DNA of 32,000 nt from Deltaproteobacteria bacterium (GCA_019237115.1 JAFAHS010000399.1:52018-84017); one strand, 5' to 3'; shown: positions 15,487 to 24,334, numbered from the stretch's first letter. The notes: generated from the sequence alone by a model not told the origin. Made by a program: numbers and translations.

Positions 15487-17757
15487 ATGTTGACTCCTGG
15501 AGCTCTTGGGAATTGGGCTGAGTGGTTCGGTTCGAGCACCGGCGCGTGGATTGCCGCGACTTTGCTCTTGCTCGGGTTGGCCGCCCTGCTGGGACGGCGA
15601 GTTATCGCGACCGTCCTCACCCTGCGGGCTTCGGCATTTACCCCGCGCATGTCGAGGCTATTGGCGCTCTGGCTGCGGCCGACCAACCACTCGCCTGCCG
15701 AATTCCTTCGCGCCGATGGAGCCGATGAACGGTGGGCGGAGATTCGCAAGCAGGCTATCAACCGCCTCGCCGGCTTCTTTCAGACCCGGTACGCAAAGTC
15801 GATCGCGTGGGGCAACGGGATACGCCAGAGCTTCTCGGATCTGCGCTTCACCGATGCCAATCGCGTCCCCTTTCCCTTCGCGCAATTCATGCGCGAACAC
15901 TTCAGCGTCTGCTCGGTGGTTACGGCCTCCGCCGGACCCCAACTTCGCGATCTCGATGGTCATTGGACTCTCGACGTGAGCGGCTCCTACGGACTCAACG
16001 TGGCTGGATTCGACCACTACAAGGAATGGATGCAGAGGGGGCTTGACCGGGTGAAGGAGCTTGGCCCGGTGCTGGGTCCCCTCCATCCCATCGTCGCCGA
16101 CAACATACGAATCCTCAAATCGATCTCGAAGCTCGATGAAGTGTCGTTCCACATGAGCGGCACCGAGGCGGTGATGGCCGCCATCCGGCTGGCCCGATTC
16201 AATACCCGCCGCAAGCTGATCGTCTGTTTCTCGGGCGCTTATCACGGATGGTGGGATGGCGTGCAGCCCGGGTTGGGCAGCGAACGCACCATCGACGACT
16301 GCCTGACGCTGAAGGAATTGAACCCGGCCTCGCTGGACGTTCTGCGCTGGCGGGCGCACGAGATCGCCGCAATCGTGGTAAACCCCGTTCAATCGTTTCA
16401 TCCCAACTCGCCCCCGCCGAGCGACGCCATCCTGCTGACCAGCGGCGTCCGCAACGCGACCGACTCCACGGCTGCTTACCGGGAATGGCTTGGTAAGCTG
16501 CGCGCCGTGTGCAGCGAACACGAGATTCCGCTCATCTTCGACGAGGTATTCAGCGGCTTTCGCCTGGCCCCCGGCGGAGCGCAGGAGTACTTCGGCGTGC
16601 AAGCGGACATGGTCGTGTACGGGAAAACGGTGGCCGGTGGAATGCCCATCGGAGTGGTCTGCGGCCGCAAAGAACTGATGGCGCGCTTTGATCCCCACCA
16701 TCCGATGCGCATCGCGTATGTGATCGGAACTTTTTCGGCACACCCCGTGGTGATGGGGGCGATGAATGAGTTTTTGAATTGGCTGGTGCAGCCGTCCAGC
16801 ACTACAGAATATGCGACGGCGAATGAGAGGTGTGCCGCGTGGGCGCGCGAGACCAACCAGTTGCTCCTGGATTCCTCACTGCCGGTGCGAGTGATGCAGC
16901 TGGCCACGATATGGACGGTGCTGTTCAAGGAGCCGGGTCGATACAACTGGCTGCTCCAATACTACCTTCGAGCCGAGGGTATCACGCTCAGTTGGGTGGG
17001 AACCGGTCGCTGTATGACCAGTCTGGATTTTACCGAGGAAGATTATCGCAGCCTGCGATCCAAGCTGGTGAGTGCGGTACGCCAGATGAAAAACGACGCC
17101 TGGTGGCTAAGCGAACAACAACAACCACAACGGGATAAACTGATGCGAACACATCTGTTTCGGGAACTCGCCGGAAGTATTGTCAGGGTGCCGAAGCCGT
17201 TGACCAGCTTTTACACCGAGATAATGCATCGCAAACATGACGACCACCTCGCGTCACATAGCAACGTGGTCAACCAGGTCCTCCACCTGCTGAGTTCGAG
17301 CACCTTCATCTTTTGCTATGTGCTGATCTTTTTCGACTTGACCCGCGCGGTATGTCTGGGACTGGCAGCGCTGTTCGTTCGCCAGTTCGGACACGCAGTG
17401 CTGGAGCCGCCCTGCCACGACAAGGAGCAGCTGCTGCTCGGATTCAACACCCGCGATAAGACGCTGATCGTTGCGGGTTACGGTCTGATTCTCGCCGCCG
17501 TGTTGATGAAGGTCCGTCCCGGTTCTTGGGGGGCCGTCGCCGGCGTGGCGCCGACGCTGGCCCATTGGTGGTTCTTCATGACGCTGGCAGTGGTACTCGG
17601 GCACGTGGCGTTTCTTGCCTGGAAGCACACCTTGAGAGACTCCCTAATCTGGTTTGTAAAACTGCTTACCGATCCTTTTACTGACATCGCGGCGTACTAC
17701 GGGAGCCCCTACCGGATTGTTGCGAATCCTCAGGGCCAGAAGCGCGAGCTCGTATAG
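15487..17757 (+). CDS. Membrane-anchored class-III aminotransferase (glutamate-1-semialdehyde aminomutase-like) fused to a C-terminal Mpo1/DUF962-like 4-TM domain
   Basis: 756 aa. There is an N-terminal TM helix (WIAATLLLLGLAALLG). The PLP fold-type-I class III core reads FHMSGTEAVMAAIRLAR, IFDEVFSGFRLAPGG and YGKTVAGGMPIGVVCG, with the Lys codon at 16624-16626. A QQQPQ linker follows. The C-terminal hydrophobic domain carries H-x4-N-x3-H (HSNVVNQVLH, 17257-17286) and FGHAVLE (17386-17406). The ATG lies 2 nt after the GT4 stop, with GGGAGA upstream. Confidence 0.8.
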   Translation: MLTPGALGNWAEWFGSSTGAWIAATLLLLGLAALLGRRVIATVLTLRASAFTPRMSRLLALWLRPTNHSPAEFLRADGADERWAEIRKQAINRLAGFFQTRYAKSIAWGNGIRQSFSDLRFTDANRVPFPFAQFMREHFSVCSVVTASAGPQLRDLDGHWTLDVSGSYGLNVAGFDHYKEWMQRGLDRVKELGPVLGPLHPIVADNIRILKSISKLDEVSFHMSGTEAVMAAIRLARFNTRRKLIVCFSGAYHGWWDGVQPGLGSERTIDDCLTLKELNPASLDVLRWRAHEIAAIVVNPVQSFHPNSPPPSDAILLTSGVRNATDSTAAYREWLGKLRAVCSEHEIPLIFDEVFSGFRLAPGGAQEYFGVQADMVVYGKTVAGGMPIGVVCGRKELMARFDPHHPMRIAYVIGTFSAHPVVMGAMNEFLNWLVQPSSTTEYATANERCAAWARETNQLLLDSSLPVRVMQLATIWTVLFKEPGRYNWLLQYYLRAEGITLSWVGTGRCMTSLDFTEEDYRSLRSKLVSAVRQMKNDAWWLSEQQQPQRDKLMRTHLFRELAGSIVRVPKPLTSFYTEIMHRKHDDHLASHSNVVNQVLHLLSSSTFIFCYVLIFFDLTRAVCLGLAALFVRQFGHAVLEPPCHDKEQLLLGFNTRDKTLIVAGYGLILAAVLMKVRPGSWGAVAGVAPTLAHWWFFMTLAVVLGHVAFLAWKHTLRDSLIWFVKLLTDPFTDIAAYYGSPYRIVANPQGQKRELV

Positions 17758-17759
17758 AC

Positions 17760-18275
17760 TTGTTGTACCTTGCTGCGGCCATTCTACTGGCGTTCGAGCG
17801 GGTAGCCTACGTATGGGTTTGGCGCTATCCGCGATCGTTCAGCGCACTTTGCGGGTTCTTTTCGGAAGAGCCGCCGGTGGTCATCCTGGAAAGAATGTTC
17901 AACTGCTTCAAGGTAATCCAGATCTCGGTGTTTCTGGCCTGGTGCTATTTCCATCCGAACCAACCACTGTGGCTGTCCGGAAACCTCGTTCCACTGACCG
18001 CGGGCGCAACCCTGATGATCGTAGGGCAAGTACTCAATTTTAGTGTTTTTTACCGCCTGGGGTCGGTCGGGGTCTTTTACGGGAACCGCTTCGGCTACGA
18101 AGTCCCCTGGTGCACGGAATTTCCCTTTTCGCTAATGGACCACCCGCAATACGTAGGAGCCCTGCTTTCGATTTGGGGCCTGTTCCTCGCTCTGCAGTTT
18201 CCGCGTCCCGATTGGTATGCGATCCCCGCGCTTGAAAGCGTGTATTACGCGCTGGGAGCCTATCTGGAACGCTGA
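17760..18275 (+). CDS. Phospholipid N-methyltransferase family protein (PEMT/Opi3-type, PF04191-like)
   Basis: 171 aa and 4 TM. GQVLNFSVFYRLGSVGVFYGNRFGYEVPWCTEFPFSLMDHPQYVGALLSIWG parallels the PEMT core (LG..G...GD.FG.....FPF...DNPMY.G). The TTG start lies 2 nt after the upstream stop. Confidence 0.75.
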   Translation: MLYLAAAILLAFERVAYVWVWRYPRSFSALCGFFSEEPPVVILERMFNCFKVIQISVFLAWCYFHPNQPLWLSGNLVPLTAGATLMIVGQVLNFSVFYRLGSVGVFYGNRFGYEVPWCTEFPFSLMDHPQYVGALLSIWGLFLALQFPRPDWYAIPALESVYYALGAYLER

Positions 18276-18309
18276 CTGCGAGTTGTTCGTTGCGGGCGGC
18301 CGGCGATGG

Positions 18310-18867
18310 TCAGCGGCTGGTAAACGAATTCTTCAGCACGTCGACCTTACCGGCAAATTCCTCGAGGTCGACCTCGGTAGTCTCCAGCAGTCGGGCGACC
18401 ATTCCCCAGAATCCGATCGACATCACTAATTCCACGATCTCGGTCGTACCCATGTGTTTCTGGAGAGCCTCCATGGTTGCGCGCCCGCCCTTTACGTTGC
18501 GCGCGACTTCATCGGTGAACTTGAGCACCAGGCGATCGATCTCACCGAAGCACCGGGCCCCTTCCCAGTTTTCAATTGCATCGACTTGTTCATCGGTCAC
18601 GCCCGCAGCCTTGGCAATCGGCACGTGCTGGGTCCATTCATAAACCGATTTGCTCACCTTCGCGGTGCGCAATATAGCGAGTTCGCGCAGCCGCGCATCG
18701 AGCTTGGATCGAGTCAGCAGCGAGTTCCCCAACATCGAGAACGGATAGAATGCAGCGTCCGAGTTCGCGATCATGCGCGCAACGTTCATCTTTACGCGCC
18801 CGCGATTCAGAATCTCGCGCGTCTTTTCCGGTACCTTGCTTTCGTCGGCATAGGGTAACAACGCCAT
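18310..18867 (-). CDS. Carboxymuconolactone decarboxylase (AhpD-like) family protein
   Basis: CMD-family pattern: RLRELAILRTAKVSKSVYEWTQHVPIAKAAGVTDEQV...DRLVLKFTDEV. Start set at ATG 18867, which has GGAGGA 8 nt upstream. The track ORF begins 6 codons earlier, at 18885. Confidence 0.85.
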   Translation of the reverse strand: MALLPYADESKVPEKTREILNRGRVKMNVARMIANSDAAFYPFSMLGNSLLTRSKLDARLRELAILRTAKVSKSVYEWTQHVPIAKAAGVTDEQVDAIENWEGARCFGEIDRLVLKFTDEVARNVKGGRATMEALQKHMGTTEIVELVMSIGFWGMVARLLETTEVDLEEFAGKVDVLKNSFTSR

Positions 18868-18977
18868 CGGCTTGTCCTCCGTCATGAGGTCGGGTCGGCT
18901 TGCGGACGCAAACCATTGCGCACTCCGGGCTGCGCAGGTTTTCCCCTTGGACCGCCCAAGATGGAAATACGATTTTT

Positions 18978-19628
18978 CTATCGGGATTGTATAGCGCGGC
19001 GAAATTCCGGCTGCAAAATGAGCATGCCAATTGCGCGCGACAATGCGACGGACAGAGATTCCGCCGGGTCGGTCTCGAGCGGAAGGAATGCCTCGCCTCC
19101 GACCGGAACCGGGGGTTCGGTCTCGATGCCGGTAGTCACGGTCGAACAGAGTTCGTGGTGCATCCGATCGGCGACGGTAAAGCGCAGTTGCACGTGCGCG
19201 GTCATGGAAAAATACTGGCCATGAATCGTGCGCTGGCGGCCGAAATGTTGGTTAACGGAAACGGATTCGATCTCGGTCGCGATCGCGAGCGGCGGATGCT
19301 CGGAGACTTCGCCTGGTGTAAGTACCGCCGCCTTCAAACCCGCGTCCGACAGGCACCGCTTCACTGCCTGCGTGATCAGCGCTCCCAGGTCCCGCACCAC
19401 CAGGGTGCGCTTCCTGGATCCATCGGCACCATAGACAGCGCCCACTTGAAACTTGCCGGCCGCCCCGGGACCGCCGGCCGGCAGGACAACGATTGATAGG
19501 GGAGACAGGACGTGCTGCGTGGCGGGGACGAATCCGGGCAGGTAATGAACCCGGAGAGGCGTTTCGCGCTGGCAACCGACCGCGGAAATTGCCGCGAAAA
19601 TCGCACCCGCAAGGAGTGCGCTCCACAA
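18978..19628 (-). CDS. Hypothetical lipoprotein
   Basis: The track ORF 18978..19730 overlaps the DedA gene at its 5' end. I trimmed it to TTG 19628, just after the DedA stop. The signal peptide ends in a lipobox (AISAVG|C). I recognise no family. The start is uncertain. Confidence 0.5.
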   Translation of the reverse strand: MWSALLAGAIFAAISAVGCQRETPLRVHYLPGFVPATQHVLSPLSIVVLPAGGPGAAGKFQVGAVYGADGSRKRTLVVRDLGALITQAVKRCLSDAGLKAAVLTPGEVSEHPPLAIATEIESVSVNQHFGRQRTIHGQYFSMTAHVQLRFTVADRMHHELCSTVTTGIETEPPVPVGGEAFLPLETDPAESLSVALSRAIGMLILQPEFRRAIQSR

Positions 19629-19636
19629 CCCCTGCC

Positions 19637-20266
19637 CTATGATTCGGGGCGACCGATAGCTTGATGTCGCTCGCGCCACCAGAAAATCACGATCCCGATA
19701 CTGAACAACACCACTCCTACCGCGACCCATCGCGACGCGACGTGGATCACGTCGGCAACTCGAAACAGCTCGTCACCAACCAGGTAGCCAACCGTAACGA
19801 TGATGAAGCACCACACCAGCGCACCGGAAACGTTCCATCCGAGAAAGCGCCAGAACGGCATACCCGCAGCGCCCGCCATCGGACCAGCCATGAAACGCAC
19901 GCCGGCAATGAAGCGGGCCATGAAGACCGCCTTGCTGCCGTGGGTCTCAAAAAAGGTCTGTAATCGGTCGTAGCGAGAGCGGGCAAACGCGAAACTGCCG
20001 GCGAGGCGGGTAAGCAGCCGTTGACCTCCGGTGCGCCCCAGCAGAAATCCGCAGCAGTCTCCCACAACCGCGCTGAAAACCGTGATGACATACACCCAGC
20101 GCAGGTCGAGAATCTCGCGGCCGGCCAGAAACCCCGCGGCAAGCATCACCGTCTCCTCTGGGACCGGGATGCCCAGATTGCCGATGAACACGCACACGAA
20201 AACTCCCAGGTAACCCCAGGTGGTGAGCCAATCCGCTATATGTTCAGGTCTCAGAATTTCGTGCAT
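19637..20266 (-). CDS. DedA family membrane protein
   Basis: Track ORF trimmed to ATG 20266. WGYLGVFVCVFIGNLGIPVPEETVMLAAGFLAG and SKAVFMARFIAGVRFMAGPMAGAAGMPFWRFL are canonical DedA/SNARE-associated blocks. Confidence 0.85.
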   Translation of the reverse strand: MHEILRPEHIADWLTTWGYLGVFVCVFIGNLGIPVPEETVMLAAGFLAGREILDLRWVYVITVFSAVVGDCCGFLLGRTGGQRLLTRLAGSFAFARSRYDRLQTFFETHGSKAVFMARFIAGVRFMAGPMAGAAGMPFWRFLGWNVSGALVWCFIIVTVGYLVGDELFRVADVIHVASRWVAVGVVLFSIGIVIFWWRERHQAIGRPES

Positions 20267-20384
20267 GCGTTCCTGGCCGCGGCACCGCCCCTGCCAAACG
20301 TGCCCCGGTAGTTTAGCTGGCCCCAAACGGCGGCGGAACTCGTCACAAGTGATGCTTCGGTCCCTGGAAAGCAGCGTGATGAGT

Positions 20385-22691
20385 TCAGCCTTTGCCGGCA
20401 TCCGCGAAGGAGGTGACCGGGCGGGCTTCATCATGCGCTCTCACGGCGGGCAGCCCACGGCGGCCGAGGACCAGGAGACCGGCCGCGACCCACAGTACCA
20501 ACCCCGGCAGCAACGGGTATACGTGCCATCGATTTGCCGCAATGTTCACTTCTGCAAGGTCGTTGCGGCGGTAGAGTTTCACCGGCAAGGACTCGTAAAT
20601 CGTTTGATAACCCGGCGGGGGATCACCCGTTCCGGGGGGCGGGCTAACTTGTTCCAGAATGTACGGCGGGGCCGCTGCCAGCGCTCGCCCGAGATCATTC
20701 ATGCCGCGGACCCGGCTGCCACCCTCCCACAAATTGTTCGGATCGTGTTGGTCCTCGATCGGGTCGTCGTTGATTCCGGTAAGCACCGGGAACTCGAGCA
20801 AAGCCCACCACTGCGAGACATTCGTGCATAGATGGAGGATATGCGTAGCAGGCGTAATTCGGCCGGCAGCGACCTCGTCGTCGAGAACCTTGATCAGGTT
20901 CATATCGGTCGGACCGAAAAGCCACCGCCGATCGGTATGACCCGTCCAGTAACCCAACGAGGCGGTATCGAGGTTAAACGCCCAGTGCTCGCTGATTGAA
21001 TGTTCAAGGGAATCGTAGTCGAGAGGATGTGGGGCCTGGCGCCACGGGTAGATCAGCAAGGCAAGCAGGATGAAAAGAGTCCCTGGACGCGACCAGCGAT
21101 CGTAAGCCAGCGCAAACAGGTATCCCGCCGGCAAGGTCAGAAAAAAAGGACACCAGTAGTCCCACAGCTTGATCCGGATGTCCGATGTCATCATGCCGCC
21201 AGCAGGGGTATGGGAGAGCGTCCGCAGGACCGGATCGAAATACTCGCCAGCAATGCCCAACAGCAGTGCTACCGCCACCAGGCCCGAGTAGCGGGTTTGG
21301 TCCGCCGGCCACTGAACCACGAACGCCGCAATCAGTCCTGCGAAGCACAACAGCGTGAGCAGTGGCAAATTGTCCGCAACCTGTTGATAAAGAGTGAATG
21401 CATTTGCGGCGTGACGATAGAGAACCGCAAGGATGAAGAACGCGATCAGCCCGCGGTTGAGCACGGCAACCAGCCGTCGATCGCGCAAGGCGGCGTCAGG
21501 AGGCATCCATCGCGCGGCCAGGCAAATTGCTGCCACGCCCGCCAATTGCCCGGCCGGGATGATCGGATACGGTGCCCGATGCCCAAGTGCGATAAGATAC
21601 TCGGGCAGCGCGACCAGGGCTGCGCCCGCCAGGGCAACGACCCCGGCGGCAAAGCGCCCAGGGTCGGACTCCGCGAGCCACAGAATCACGCCAACTCCCG
21701 CCACGATCATCGCCAAAGCACCGTCGATTGCATGCGACGCGATACTACAACCCAACATCAAAGCGCCGGCGGCAAACAGCAGCCGACTGCCGCGACTCAT
21801 AAAGAACGCAAGACCCAACGCGACAAGCGCAAAATCGACCGCCGTACCGCGCATGCCCTGGGCCCGGCGAAAGAGGCAGGTAAAGAACAGGAGGAGGCCC
21901 GCGACTCCCCCCGCAGTATCATCGAACACTGTCTTTCCGAGGCGCCAGGTCGCAAAGATCATCAGTGCGGCCATCGGCAGCATCGCTGCGCTCTCCGCAA
22001 GTGCCGCCGGATGAGTATGACTTCCCATTGCCAGAGCCGAGTAGAACAGTTCGAGCGCGGGCGTCTGAGCGTAGGGTCCCCAGCATCCGTAAGGGTCGTT
22101 GTTGAACGGGTCATAGATGCCGAACGTCAGGATCCGCTGTGCGGAAGATGGATATGAAAGCACATCCATAAACGGCACCACTGGAGAGCCAAGTTGTAGG
22201 GGCAAGTAGGAAACCGCGAGCAAGAGGACCGCAAAAGCCGCAAGCTTCTGGCCCGAAGACGGGGTCTGCAACTTCCGGTGGCGGGGCGGGTTCCGCCAAA
22301 GCCAGGCGGTCCCCAAGGCGAGAAGTCCCCACAAGGTCGCCGAATAGAAAAGCCGGATGGGTCCCAACAGGTTGCCGAGCAGAAATGCGAGGATCCAGAC
22401 ACCACCAGCGCCAACCAGAATAGCATCGAACTGCTCCAGTTCGGGCTCAATCCGCAGTGCGAGTCCGCCCAGGACCAGGGTGGCCCAACCCCAGAACGCC
22501 CATACCTTGAGAGCGGCCCACAAAGTCTCGCCGAGCAGCGGACGAATCCCCTCCCATGCCGCCGACCACGACAGATGGTATGGGAATTGGCGCAGACGAT
22601 AGATGGCGAGCAGCGTGACGATCGCGACACCCGCCCACATCACCAGCCATGCGCGTGCCTGTCCGCGCCTGTCTACCATTCCTTGCGCCAC
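20385..22691 (-). CDS. Uncharacterised polytopic membrane protein (about 14+ TM, C-terminal extracytoplasmic domain; GT-C-like architecture is only a guess)
   Basis: 768-aa ORF, strongly hydrophobic through about residue 540. A roughly 180-aa soluble region and a final TM helix follow. The antisense ORF (21000..22157 +) is Arg/Gln-rich low complexity. I recognise no family motif. The start is GTG 22691 or ATG 22679. Confidence 0.65.
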   Translation of the reverse strand: MAQGMVDRRGQARAWLVMWAGVAIVTLLAIYRLRQFPYHLSWSAAWEGIRPLLGETLWAALKVWAFWGWATLVLGGLALRIEPELEQFDAILVGAGGVWILAFLLGNLLGPIRLFYSATLWGLLALGTAWLWRNPPRHRKLQTPSSGQKLAAFAVLLLAVSYLPLQLGSPVVPFMDVLSYPSSAQRILTFGIYDPFNNDPYGCWGPYAQTPALELFYSALAMGSHTHPAALAESAAMLPMAALMIFATWRLGKTVFDDTAGGVAGLLLFFTCLFRRAQGMRGTAVDFALVALGLAFFMSRGSRLLFAAGALMLGCSIASHAIDGALAMIVAGVGVILWLAESDPGRFAAGVVALAGAALVALPEYLIALGHRAPYPIIPAGQLAGVAAICLAARWMPPDAALRDRRLVAVLNRGLIAFFILAVLYRHAANAFTLYQQVADNLPLLTLLCFAGLIAAFVVQWPADQTRYSGLVAVALLLGIAGEYFDPVLRTLSHTPAGGMMTSDIRIKLWDYWCPFFLTLPAGYLFALAYDRWSRPGTLFILLALLIYPWRQAPHPLDYDSLEHSISEHWAFNLDTASLGYWTGHTDRRWLFGPTDMNLIKVLDDEVAAGRITPATHILHLCTNVSQWWALLEFPVLTGINDDPIEDQHDPNNLWEGGSRVRGMNDLGRALAAAPPYILEQVSPPPGTGDPPPGYQTIYESLPVKLYRRNDLAEVNIAANRWHVYPLLPGLVLWVAAGLLVLGRRGLPAVRAHDEARPVTSFADAGKG

Positions 22692-22776
22692 AGAATGACG
22701 GCCGCGATCGAGGCCCCCGCCGCAGCGGCGGTCGCCTCACGGGCGTCACTTGACCACACTCCAACCCGCGGCGAAG

Positions 22777-24334
22777 TCAATGCGCCTCCGCTGGTTCGAC
22801 CGTGCCGGAAGGAACCCCCTCTTTTGGTAGGAGAAAGAGCAACGGCAGGACGACTAAGAACATCGGCACCACCAGCCAGAAACAATCGTTGTACGCCATC
22901 ATCGTCGACTGACGGTTGATCAAGGCGTTCATCATGGCAAGGTCGCGCCGCTGCCCAGGTGCACTGAACAATCCGGCACCCAGCAAGGCGTTGCGAAACT
23001 CCGCGTCGGCCTGGCGGAACGTGGGGTTGGTCGCCGAGATGGAATCGACCAGGTCCGAACGACGGAACTGCCCTCTGCGAGCCACCAGGGTCGCCAGTGC
23101 CGCGTAGGCCACGTTTCCCGCTTCGCGGCGGGTCAGAGTGTAGAGGCTGGAAGCGGCAGTCATCGCGTAGCGCGGAATCGTACTGAGCGAGACGGTCGAA
23201 AGCGTCACCATCGACGCGCCCATGCCGATACCACTCATGACCAGGATGGGCAGAAAACTCCAAAACCCGACGTACAGCGTGAAATGACCAAGCCGCCAAT
23301 AGGCATAGGCAAGCAAGAGCACTCCCGCGCCGATCAGCATGCGCGGGCTCAGCAGATTGTAAAGCCGCCCGACGATGGGCATCGCAAGCAGCATGGTCAA
23401 GGTACGTGGCATCAGAACCAGGCCCGCCTGATACGCAGGATAGTGGAGCAGTTCCTGCGTGAACTGCGGCAACAGGAAGCTTGATCCGAACAGTGCGAAC
23501 CCGATCACAACGCCCAGGCCGCAGCCAACGCTCAGTGGGACGTTTCTGAACAGACGAAAATCCACCACCGGTTCATCCTTGAAGAACATTTCCCACCCTA
23601 CCAACGCCGCCAGCGCAAGCGCCGCCACCACCGTCCCGAAAACGATCCAATGGTTGGCGAACCAGTCGACTTCCTCTCCGCGCTCGAGTACCACCTGCGC
23701 AGCGGTGAGGCCGATCGTCAGCAGGAGAATCCTTCCCCAATCGATCGCGGCGACCCCGCGTTTCAGATATGGAGGGTCATGCACGAACGCGCTCACCATC
23801 AGGATTCCCACCACACAAAACGGAACGTTGATGTAAAAGACCCACTGCCAGCCATAGTTGTCGACCAGCCAGCCGCCGACCACCGGACCGATCGCGGGAG
23901 CGGTGAAAAGTTTCCCGTGCGATGGCCTGGGAGCAGGGCATCAGGCTGCCGCCGCCGATGCCCTGCAGCACTCGGTAAAAGATGAGCTGGCCGAACGTCT
24001 TTGAGGTGCCGGCCAGCACCGAGCCCACGATAAACAGGAACATGGACAGCAGGAACAGCTGTTTGCGGCCGAGCAGCATCGTCCACCACGCCGCCATGGT
24101 GATCATGATGATCTCGGCAATCGAATAAGCGGTGGACACCCAGGTTATGGTGAGCAGATCCTGTCCGAAGCCGCCCATCATATGCGGCATGGCCACATTC
24201 ACCACCGTCGCATCCATCACCGAGAGAAAGGTGCCGATCATGACGGACCCGGCAACCAGCCATTTGCCGGAGGTTCCGTATTCGCTGCTGGCAGGGGGCA
24301 GGGTTATTCGGGGTGTTGCAACTCCGCTCGACAT
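22777..24334 (-). pseudogene. DHA2 (EmrB/QacA-type) MFS transporter, disrupted by an internal deletion plus frameshift
   Basis: Two consecutive minus-strand ORFs (23777..24334 and 22777..23883) together give a 14-TM EmrB-like protein. The N-part reads ...LQGIGGGSLMPCSQAIARETF (to about 23916) and then goes out of frame. The homologous continuation TAPAIGPVVGGWLVDNYGWQWVFYINVP starts at about 23914 in another frame. The roughly 17 residues normally between these blocks (PPxxRxxAxxxW...) are missing. Confidence 0.75.

Noticed and set aside
15658-16743. 361-aa minus-strand ORF antisense to the aminotransferase fusion gene (and the similar 28679..29779 + ORF antisense to the second aminotransferase)
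   Set aside because: The sense frames contain complete class-III aminotransferase motifs, including the PLP lysine. The antisense products have no recognisable features.
18886-18977. Palindromic TGCGCA-N8-TGCGCA with a short T/A run between the lipoprotein and CMD genes, considered as a terminator
   Set aside because: The stem is only 6-7 bp. The minus-strand downstream tract is not a U-run (AUGGUUUG). Support for an intrinsic terminator is insufficient.
21000-22157. 385-aa + strand ORF inside the 768-aa membrane protein gene
   Set aside because: The translation is Arg/Gln/Lys-rich with no structure-like pattern. The minus-strand frame gives regular TM helices over 2.3 kb, so the minus frame was chosen.
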